A DNA stretch of 56,506 nucleotides, from NCBI GenBank assembly GCA_031284015.1, contig JAITAS010000067.1, positions 1 through 56,506 of the forward strand, in the 5' to 3' direction. The notes under the pieces were generated by a model. That model ran no database searches and had not been told where the DNA came from. It saw nothing but the letters and a program-made list of their open reading frames with translations. This DNA is from Puniceicoccales bacterium. Lineage in GTDB: Bacteria; Verrucomicrobiota; Verrucomicrobiia; Opitutales; JAIRKQ01. Below, piece after piece: positions 45,979 to 54,169 of the stretch; position 1 is the first letter of the stretch, and each line of letters starts with the position of its first letter. The position numbers and the translations under genes are program-made.

Positions 45979-46461
45979 GTGAAAATTAAAATTGGAATTG
46001 GATATGATGTTCATCGATTGGTTGACGGACGACCATTGATCCTTGGGGGAGTTATAATTGATTCCTACAAAGGTCTACTTGGGCATTCCGATGCTGATGT
46101 GCTAATGCATGCGATATCTGATGCTCTTTTGGGAGCACTGGGATTACCAAATATTGGTGAAATATTTCCCAATACGGAAGCATGGACCCAAAACCTAGAT
46201 TCAAGAAAAATTTTAAAATATGCCTATGGCATGGCAAATAGAATGGGTTACAATATTTCCAATGTAGATGCTGTTATTATCGCCCATGAACCCAAGCTAT
46301 CCCCATATATCAATAAAATTCGAGAATCTATTGCCTCAATATTGCTGATAGATATTGAAGACGTCGGGATAAAAGCCACAACCAACGAAGGCCTTGGATT
46401 AATTGGGTCAGGCGAAGCTATTGCTTCCATTGCAAATATCATTCTTGTTTCCGACAAATGA
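45979..46461 (+). CDS. ispF: 2-C-methyl-D-erythritol 2,4-cyclodiphosphate synthase
   Basis: IGIGYDVHRL and GHSDADVLMHA motifs. The GTG at 45979 gives a canonical 160-aa IspF; the ORF track starts at 45943. Confidence 0.92.
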   Translation: MKIKIGIGYDVHRLVDGRPLILGGVIIDSYKGLLGHSDADVLMHAISDALLGALGLPNIGEIFPNTEAWTQNLDSRKILKYAYGMANRMGYNISNVDAVIIAHEPKLSPYINKIRESIASILLIDIEDVGIKATTNEGLGLIGSGEAIASIANIILVSDK

Positions 46462-46513
46462 CACAAAGATTCTAGATATAGTTCTTTATTGGTATTTTTA
46501 AATTTTTTCGCTA

Positions 46514-47371
46514 TTATCGCTTTTGCCGGACTGACAAAATGTCATATGTTCGACGTTTTACTTCTTCAAGGGTGCCTTCGGCATCGATGTCATAAATTGG
46601 AATATCATCCTGTAAAATTGCCATACAATCATTTATCGAATTTTCATAGATATCATATCTGCGCGATGCTGCCTCGAGAGATATGTCGGTTGCTCTAACT
46701 GGTACCATTTTGGAGCCTGACTCTTTCGCCTTTTTGTTATGTTCAATTGCCATGGCTCCCCGCAATAATTGCCTTTCTATGCTCGTTTGCCGTGTTACGG
46801 AAAATTTTACCACTTTAAACCCCTTTGGTGCCTCATCGTAGATATCATGTAATTTATGGAGTAAATACCTTAAAAAGTACGCCTGAACAACGGTCCTTGG
46901 ATATCCGTCTATTATCACTCCTCTGAAATTTTCAGGCTTTAGCAACTCATTCATAATTTGCGCAACTACAATATCATCGCTAATAAGCAAGCCTTGCTCT
47001 TTTAAAGATTCACACTCTGGTGTGTTCAATAGGGAACTTACTTCAATGGGTTGGTTAGGAATTGCCATGGCTCGCATAACGTTTAGAATATTTGTCCCTT
47101 TCCCTGCTCCCGGGGCACCGTTGAGAAAAACCACTTGATTGGGGAACTTCAAATTCTCTTCTCCAAACTTGTTACACAGTTCTTTCCACAGGTTATTAAA
47201 CAATGTTTTAGCCATCAACTTACTCTGTTTTAAGTTTATACGTCTTTTGCTAATAATTGTTCCCATTGATTGCTTTATTTCCTTTTCTGATGAAAAAATC
47301 TCTTCGGCTGACATGTTTCCAGCTATGAACATAATACAAATAAATACACATGTTTTTAATGAATCTTTCAA
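46514..47371 (-). CDS. Adenylate-kinase-family P-loop protein with N-terminal Sec signal peptide
   Basis: 285 aa. Signal-like MKDSLKTCVFICIMFIAGNMSA/EE, an ~60-aa linker, then an Adk-type P-loop (LNGAPGAGKGTN), DGYPRT and an Adk-like C-terminal region. Confidence 0.65.
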   Translation of the reverse strand: MKDSLKTCVFICIMFIAGNMSAEEIFSSEKEIKQSMGTIISKRRINLKQSKLMAKTLFNNLWKELCNKFGEENLKFPNQVVFLNGAPGAGKGTNILNVMRAMAIPNQPIEVSSLLNTPECESLKEQGLLISDDIVVAQIMNELLKPENFRGVIIDGYPRTVVQAYFLRYLLHKLHDIYDEAPKGFKVVKFSVTRQTSIERQLLRGAMAIEHNKKAKESGSKMVPVRATDISLEAASRRYDIYENSINDCMAILQDDIPIYDIDAEGTLEEVKRRTYDILSVRQKR

Positions 47372-47452
47372 AAATCAAACTCCTTCCACAAGGCTAAAAC
47401 GTTTTTCAAATTAATCTAGAAAATTTTTATTTCCACCGTGTATTTTTTATTA

Positions 47453-48733
47453 TTAAATCACGGTATTGTTGGGAATTTCCGTATTTCGTGTAATACAAAG
47501 AACTCCATCCTTGACATACATGCCATTATGTTCGTAACCTTCCGGTTTGTCGAAGGGAGCAAGATATACATTGTTCCCAATTCTAACGTTTTTATCGATA
47601 ATGGTATTTTTTATTATTGAATTCTCCCCAATTCCAAGAGGAATGGGAGAGTCGGCTGTTTGAGTTGCTACCGTTGGATAATCGAAGTAATCTGCCCCGA
47701 ACATTAGAACATTCTCAAGGTATGTCCCTTTCCGTATGACTGATCTGAGCCCAATGACACATCGATTAAGAGTGGCATCAGTTATAATACAACCATCTGA
47801 CAATAGTGTTTTTTCTATTTGGCAACTGTTTACTTTACAAGCTGGAAGATAGCGAGCACGCGTATAAATTGGATTTTCAGCATCGAAAAAATCAAACTCT
47901 GGAACCATATCCGTAAGCATGAGGTTTGTTTCAAAAAAGGACCCGATGGTACCTATGTCTTCCCAAAAACCATCAAATATATAGCCACACATCCTGTACC
48001 TATTAAGCATACCGGGCAATATATCTTTCCCAAAATCACCCTCATTCCCCAAAAGAACTTCCATTAGCGCCTTTGATGTGAAGGCGTATATACCCATTGA
48101 TGCAAGGTAATAGTTTGTGTTGGTTTTATCCTTAAGTGTATTTCTAATGTGAGTTGGCAATATGCAATGTTTTACCAATTCTGGATATTTGGGTTTTTCG
48201 ACGAAGTTTTTTATTTTTAGTGAGTGATCAATTTCTATTATTCCAAACGAGGAAATTTTACGTTCTGATATTGCTTTTGCTGCAATAGTTACGTCTGCTT
48301 GGGAGTCATAGTGTTTTTCAATTAAATTCAATAGGTTCATCCTATAGAGTTGATCACCGGAAAGAATCAAAATGATGTCATCTGGCCTAGGGTTAATATA
48401 CTTTAAATTTTTCCTCACAGCATCGGCGGTACCCATATACCATTGTTCTCCCTGGCTATTGGTCTGTTCGGCAGAAAAAATTTCAATGGTACTATTTCCA
48501 AATGTATCAAATCGATAGGTTGTTTCTATGTGTCTATGCAAAGATCGAATATTAAATTGTGTCAGAATGTAAATTTTTGAAAGCCCGGAGTTTAAGCAGT
48601 TACTTATTGGGATATCTATCAATCTATATTTACCAGCCAAAGGAACTGCAGGCTTACAACGTGTTTTAGTCAAAGGATATAGCCTATCGCCACGTCCTCC
48701 TCCCAATATTACACAATAGACATTGCTCCTCAT
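47453..48733 (-). CDS. glgC: Glucose-1-phosphate adenylyltransferase
   Basis: 426 aa. ILGGGRGDRLYPLTKTRCKPAVPLAGKYRLIDIPISNC, plus a C-terminal left-handed beta-helix. Confidence 0.93.
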   Translation of the reverse strand: MRSNVYCVILGGGRGDRLYPLTKTRCKPAVPLAGKYRLIDIPISNCLNSGLSKIYILTQFNIRSLHRHIETTYRFDTFGNSTIEIFSAEQTNSQGEQWYMGTADAVRKNLKYINPRPDDIILILSGDQLYRMNLLNLIEKHYDSQADVTIAAKAISERKISSFGIIEIDHSLKIKNFVEKPKYPELVKHCILPTHIRNTLKDKTNTNYYLASMGIYAFTSKALMEVLLGNEGDFGKDILPGMLNRYRMCGYIFDGFWEDIGTIGSFFETNLMLTDMVPEFDFFDAENPIYTRARYLPACKVNSCQIEKTLLSDGCIITDATLNRCVIGLRSVIRKGTYLENVLMFGADYFDYPTVATQTADSPIPLGIGENSIIKNTIIDKNVRIGNNVYLAPFDKPEGYEHNGMYVKDGVLCITRNTEIPNNTVI

Positions 48734-48953
48734 TGGACATAAATGGTGAGTAATGTAAAGAAAAAGTCAATTTTTAAACAAAAATTTGTCAAAGATTTTT
48801 TAAAATCAAAAAATCAAGAAAAATTATTCAATTCTATGCCAATTAGACTAATTTTTTGTCCATAGGCCAGGTTCAAAAAAAAAATTGGCACTTGCTGGTA
48901 AAAAAATTGCATTCAAGGCGGATAATATCAGGCTGCCTTTCATCTTCACCATT

Positions 48954-50267
48954 ATGAAAAATGAAACTAAAAATAGTGCCGTATTAACACCTGAGGCCAT
49001 TAACCAGCAGTATAAATATTGGCGCTTACGAATAATGTACTCGTTGATTATTGGATATGCTGCATTTTACCTGGTTCGGCAGAATTTTCAGGTGGCAACT
49101 CCACAAATGTTGGCAGAATTTGGGTGTACTAAGGCGGAGATTGGTTGGGTTTTTACGGCGTTTGCTCTTATCTATGGATTCGGAAAGTTTTTTGCCGGAG
49201 TAATTTGCGACAAAACAAATGCCAGATGGTTTATGCCGATAGGACTGGTTGGATCAGCCTTATGTAGCGTATTTATTGGAATGGCAAATTCTCTTTGGAT
49301 TTTTGTTTTATTTTATGCTTTAAATGGGGCTTTTCAATCTGCTGGATGGCCTCCTGTTTCAAGGCTGATGACCCAATGGTACGCTCCTACTGAATTGGGA
49401 ACCAAGTGGGGAATTGTTAATGCTTCGCATCAAATAGGGAGTATTATTATACTTTTAGTGGGGTCAGAGATAGCGGAATTATTCGGTTGGAGGTATGTAT
49501 TTTTCGTTCCGGCAGCATTTGCTCTATTATTAGCAATTTTCCTATTTGAAAGGCTGAGAGATAACCCACAGTCACTAGGATTACCTTCCATAGAGGAAAA
49601 AGAAAACTTACTCAATGATACTGGACATGATGACAAGGAAGAAATTACTTTTAGGGAAGTTTTTTTCGAACACATACTGCCGAATAAATCCTTGTGGTAT
49701 GTTTGTATGGCCAATTTTTTTGTTTATATAATTAGGATGGGTTTTTTTAACTGGGCACCAACGTTTCTACAGGAAGCGAAAAATTCCACTGTTATGGGAG
49801 CTGCCTATATGAATGTAACGTTTGAGTTAATGGGAGCTGTGGGGGGATTCCTAGCAGGCTGGGCATCCGATCGGCTTTTTGGAGGGCGGCGGAATTGTAC
49901 CTCTTTTTATTTTATGATAGTGTTAATTCTTACGTTGTTTATGTTTTGGCATATGCCATCCGAATCAACCTTGGTAAATACATTATTTTTCTTTGTCATA
50001 GGCTTTTTCATATATGGCCCCCAAACCCTTGCCGGTGTGTCAGGGGCAGAGTTTGGATCTCGCCGTGCAGCTGCGGCGGGCACTGGATTAACGGGAACAT
50101 TTGGATATTTGGGTAGTGCGGTTTCTGGATGGGGAATAGGGAAAATTGCCGATAAGTGGGGATGGAATGCCACATTCATTTTCTTTGTTTTTTGTGCGGC
50201 GGCAGGTGCATTTTTCTTTATGCTAAATTGGAACAGAACCAGCCAATGTTATAAAGTCAAGGTTTAG
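48954..50267 (+). CDS. MFS organophosphate:phosphate antiporter (UhpC/UhpT/GlpT family)
   Basis: 12-TM MFS protein with an OPA-family N-terminus (GYAAFYLVRQNFQVATP) and a DRLFGGRR loop. ATG 48954 is preferred over TTG 48885. Confidence 0.85.
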   Translation: MKNETKNSAVLTPEAINQQYKYWRLRIMYSLIIGYAAFYLVRQNFQVATPQMLAEFGCTKAEIGWVFTAFALIYGFGKFFAGVICDKTNARWFMPIGLVGSALCSVFIGMANSLWIFVLFYALNGAFQSAGWPPVSRLMTQWYAPTELGTKWGIVNASHQIGSIIILLVGSEIAELFGWRYVFFVPAAFALLLAIFLFERLRDNPQSLGLPSIEEKENLLNDTGHDDKEEITFREVFFEHILPNKSLWYVCMANFFVYIIRMGFFNWAPTFLQEAKNSTVMGAAYMNVTFELMGAVGGFLAGWASDRLFGGRRNCTSFYFMIVLILTLFMFWHMPSESTLVNTLFFFVIGFFIYGPQTLAGVSGAEFGSRRAAAAGTGLTGTFGYLGSAVSGWGIGKIADKWGWNATFIFFVFCAAAGAFFFMLNWNRTSQCYKVKV

Positions 50268-50277
50268 GCTACATATC

Positions 50278-51024
50278 ATGAGATGGAAGTGCATTTGCAG
50301 CTACGATGGAACTGATTTTAATGGGTGGCAGAGTCAATCAAACCGCAACGCAATACAGGATATTTTAGAAAAACGACTAGAATTTATTTTCAAAGATCAC
50401 ATACGGATACATAGCAGTGGAAGAACTGATGCTGGTGTTCATGCCAACTATCAGGTTTTTCATTTTGATGCCGACTGGACACATGGACCCGACAAGCTGA
50501 TTAGGGCATTCAAATGCGGTATCCCAAAAACCATACGAGTATTTTCCGCTGAAAAAGTGGATGATACTTTTCATGCGCGTTTTTCCGCCATACGTAAACA
50601 ATATAAATATCATATGCTGGAAGGAGATGCGTCGCCATTTGAATATCGCTATATTTGGAGTTTAGGACGGCGACGTTTGGACATTGATAAAATGAATAGA
50701 GTTGCCAAAACCTTCCTCGGAGAACATGATTTTTCCCAATTCGGGGCAAAAAACAAATGCAATGCTTCGGAAAATGTCATAAAAACCATGTATGAAATGT
50801 CATTTTTGCGTGTTGGAGAAAAAATAATTTTTACAACCGAAGGCAGTGGATATCTATATAAAATGGTCCGCATATTGGTTGGCTGTTTTGTACAAGTTGG
50901 TCTTGGAAATACGGATGGAGATGAATTTGTTGCTATCATAGCTGGACAAAACAAAAATTATACTAATTTCAGTAAAGAATGTGCTCCAGCCCATGGATTA
51001 TTTCTAGATAAGGTGTATTATTAA
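50278..51024 (+). CDS. truA: tRNA pseudouridine(38-40) synthase
   Basis: 248 aa. YDGTDFNGWQSQ and the catalytic SSGRTDAGVHA. Confidence 0.93.
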   Translation: MRWKCICSYDGTDFNGWQSQSNRNAIQDILEKRLEFIFKDHIRIHSSGRTDAGVHANYQVFHFDADWTHGPDKLIRAFKCGIPKTIRVFSAEKVDDTFHARFSAIRKQYKYHMLEGDASPFEYRYIWSLGRRRLDIDKMNRVAKTFLGEHDFSQFGAKNKCNASENVIKTMYEMSFLRVGEKIIFTTEGSGYLYKMVRILVGCFVQVGLGNTDGDEFVAIIAGQNKNYTNFSKECAPAHGLFLDKVYY

Positions 51025-51228
51025 TTTAACTGTTTTTTGACACAACCCCATATTCTCCTCCTACACTGGTTGCCACTTTCTATCTCAGGTACGACGAATG
51101 TGCTCTTGCCATTTTTTCTCATTTTTATTTATTTTATGCATATCATTCAGACATTTATGCGATAAACATAAAGTTGATATTTTTTACATGTTGTAATTGA
51201 CTTTTTCAAAATTAAACGCAAGCAACAA

Positions 51229-52116
51229 ATGCAAGGTAAAAAATGTTGGGAATTTTTGATGCAGGATAACATAACAGTCGTTGATATTGGTAGTGGTTCC
51301 ATGAAAGCTTCCGTGTTTACGTGCAGTCAGGGTTCGGTAGAATCCCTAGGAGGGATTTCCCGTGGTTTTAGGCTGTGTTCACGAATAGGCACGAATATTT
51401 CCGATAACAAGATTAGAGTCACCACAGATTTTTTTGAAGAAGTCTTGGCCCTTGCGCGAGAACATAATTCTACGAAAATAATTGCCGTTGCTACCCAGGC
51501 TGCGAGGAAGGCGGCAAATTTTTCTAGGTTGCGGCAAAAAATTTTAAAAAAAACAGGCATCAACCTACAAATCATCAGCGGGACGGAAGAAGCCACATTG
51601 GCAGCTAGAAGTACGAAACATCTTACTCAATTAGAAAAGTTTATTTCTTTCGACATCGGGTGTGGCAGTGTGGAAATAGCAAAATTCGACAAGGTTTTAC
51701 AGGATACATGGAGTTTACCAATAAGCACACTTGACTTGGTCAAGGGATATAATGTTGAATCAGCTCAAATGGTCATAAAGGATATGTTGGACAGGTTACC
51801 TTTGTGTAATGAAAATTTTTCAAAGTTTGTGTTGATTGGTGGTGGAGGAACGCTAAAAGTTGCAAGCTTTCTGATTAATAGGAAAACTCGAAACTTACTT
51901 ACCTATGATGAAATAGAGGGTTTGTTTGATGCGCTAAAGGATAAGACAGAAGAAGAGCGTATTGCCTACGGTGTTCCCAAAATTCGTGCGGATATTTTAC
52001 CATTTGGATTGCTAATAATTTTACAAATCATGCAACATGTAGGAAAGGATAAAGTATTTTTAACATCTGGAAATCTACGTGCTAGTTTAGCTCTTGACTA
52101 TTTTAAAATGATATAA
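51229..52116 (+). CDS. Ppx/GppA-family phosphatase (N-terminal actin-fold domains only)
   Basis: 295 aa. VVDIGSGSMK, FDIGCGSVE and IGGGGT motifs. Lacks the C-terminal HD-like domain of long Ppx. The start may be the internal ATG at 51259. Confidence 0.8.
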   Translation: MQGKKCWEFLMQDNITVVDIGSGSMKASVFTCSQGSVESLGGISRGFRLCSRIGTNISDNKIRVTTDFFEEVLALAREHNSTKIIAVATQAARKAANFSRLRQKILKKTGINLQIISGTEEATLAARSTKHLTQLEKFISFDIGCGSVEIAKFDKVLQDTWSLPISTLDLVKGYNVESAQMVIKDMLDRLPLCNENFSKFVLIGGGGTLKVASFLINRKTRNLLTYDEIEGLFDALKDKTEEERIAYGVPKIRADILPFGLLIILQIMQHVGKDKVFLTSGNLRASLALDYFKMI

Positions 52117-53045
52117 TGATAGGCGAGGAACAAATAATCGTAGTTCGTGAAAACGATAGAGGGAAAAGAATCGATAAATTTTTGAGTGAACTTTTTCAAA
52201 ACGTTAGTCGCACGCAGTTAAAAAAATCATTCGATAAAGGCTTAATTCTCGTAAATGGAATACCTATGCCAGCAAAATATGTTTTGCGTGGACAAGAATC
52301 AATAGCCTTGCGATTGATTATCCCGGATAGTGCCACGCTTAGTCCAGTCAGCATGCCCCTTGACATACTTTTCGAAGATGAAGACGTTATAGTTGTTAAT
52401 AAATCAACTGACGTTGTGGTTCATAAAGGAAATGGTACATCGGTACCAACTTTAGTCGAGGGAATTTTATCCCACTGTAGGTTGAGTGGATTGGGGAATC
52501 CTCTACGGCCAGGTGTTGTTCACAGACTTGACAAAAATACGAGTGGAGCGATAATCTTCGCTAAAACAGATAGAGCGTACCTCCAATTGATAAGAATGTT
52601 TGCAATGCGTGAAATCAGAAAAACGTACCAAACGATTGTTTGCGGAACGTTTACAAAAAATTTTGGTGAAATTAGCCTACCAGTGCAAAGGGATAATTTC
52701 GTACGTACTAAAATGATGGTTTCATCAAATGGCAAAGAAGCAATTACCAGGTGGTACGTATTGAAATCTTTTGGACAACAATTTACCCATTTACAAGTGA
52801 ATATTTTAACCGGACGAACGCATCAAATCCGAGTACACATGGCAAACATACACCATCCCATACTTGGAGATACAACGTATGGATATAATAAAAATTTTTC
52901 AAAGTTGGTAGTTCCGCCACGAGTCATGCTACATGCCTCGGAACTTGTTTTCAATCATCCACGTACAAAAAAAACAATTTCCATAAAAGTACAACTACCG
53001 CAAGATTTCGTACAAATACTTCAACTTCTGGCTGAAAATTTCTAA
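52116..53045 (+). CDS. rluD: 23S rRNA pseudouridine synthase, RluD/RluA family
   Basis: 309 aa. S4 domain (RIDKFLSE), catalytic HRLDKNTSG, and GRTHQIRVH. Confidence 0.9.
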   Translation: MIGEEQIIVVRENDRGKRIDKFLSELFQNVSRTQLKKSFDKGLILVNGIPMPAKYVLRGQESIALRLIIPDSATLSPVSMPLDILFEDEDVIVVNKSTDVVVHKGNGTSVPTLVEGILSHCRLSGLGNPLRPGVVHRLDKNTSGAIIFAKTDRAYLQLIRMFAMREIRKTYQTIVCGTFTKNFGEISLPVQRDNFVRTKMMVSSNGKEAITRWYVLKSFGQQFTHLQVNILTGRTHQIRVHMANIHHPILGDTTYGYNKNFSKLVVPPRVMLHASELVFNHPRTKKTISIKVQLPQDFVQILQLLAENF

Positions 53046-53211
53046 TCCATATCTGTACTCTGCGGATACAAAGGAACTAGGAATTTGACCCTGCATTTAA
53101 TGTCGATGAGTTATCCATATTGGGAATGTGAAATATTGGCAATGGGATTGAAAAGTTAAGAATCTTTTACTTGCATAGGGTTCTTTGGTTTTTAGCATTC
53201 TAACATTTACT

Positions 53212-54168
53212 ATGAAAAATACAAAGCTGGGTTTGGTAATATTTTTGTGCGTTTTGACTCTCATAGCAGGTGGGTGTAGTTCCATGATTGTGAACAACAC
53301 TCCCACTCAAATGCCTCAAAATGGTTCTGAAATTTATACTATTGCAATGTCTGTTAGTCCACAGGGAGTACACATTGTTCCCCACAGTTGCTCGGCGCGT
53401 ATTGTAATCGATGGCGAAATCCATAGAATGGACAAAAATAGCGAGTTTGCCTATGCATACAACTACAAAAGGCCAGCTGGTCAGCATAAAACAAAATACT
53501 ATTATGAAATCGACTACCAAAAAAAGACCCAGAACGGCGTACGTACAAAATTCAAACGTTCAAAGCTCTACAATTTGAACATTATAAACAGATATGTCAT
53601 TGGATTTGAAAGTAACCGTGGGGTCCCGGGTTCTACAATTATAATCCTCGGGCGCGGGTTCGAGGAGGGCGATTATGTGGAAATAGGTGGCATACCCTGT
53701 GAAACCGTTTTTGTTTCTCCAAATTCTTTATCTTTCGTTGTACCAATGTTGGGCCATAATGACAAATATCATGCAAAGTTAATCAGCGACAATGGAGATA
53801 TTGGGCTTGGGCCTTTTCAAATTGACCAGGTAGCATTCCACACCAACCTATCCGACATTAGCCTAGAATCCGGAGAGAAGCAGATACTTACAGTTTCTAT
53901 AGATTTTGATGCTCCACAGGAAGGAATTACGATAGATGCAACAACCAACGTTCCGGAAAGCATCATCATGAAGGACATTTTCATACCTGCCGGTGCAAGA
54001 TCAGCCAGCGTGGTAATTCAGGGAGGAATTGCGGGATCGGGCATGTTATATTTAACGGCGGATGGGTTTGAGGAATTCAAAATTCCCGTTGAAGTAATTT
54101 CATCGAATGAAGGTGCAAATACGACCATTAACGACGATTTTACCGATGACGAATTCTTAAACTTTTGA
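53212..54168 (+). CDS. Lipoprotein with an IPT/TIG (Ig-like) domain
   Basis: Lipobox LIAGGC. IPT/TIG-like block (GSTIIILGRGFEEGDYVEIGGIPCETVFVSPNSLSFVVP). The stop codon is 1 nt before the glgB ATG. Confidence 0.7.
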   Translation: MKNTKLGLVIFLCVLTLIAGGCSSMIVNNTPTQMPQNGSEIYTIAMSVSPQGVHIVPHSCSARIVIDGEIHRMDKNSEFAYAYNYKRPAGQHKTKYYYEIDYQKKTQNGVRTKFKRSKLYNLNIINRYVIGFESNRGVPGSTIIILGRGFEEGDYVEIGGIPCETVFVSPNSLSFVVPMLGHNDKYHAKLISDNGDIGLGPFQIDQVAFHTNLSDISLESGEKQILTVSIDFDAPQEGITIDATTNVPESIIMKDIFIPAGARSASVVIQGGIAGSGMLYLTADGFEEFKIPVEVISSNEGANTTINDDFTDDEFLNF

Positions 54169-54169
54169 A

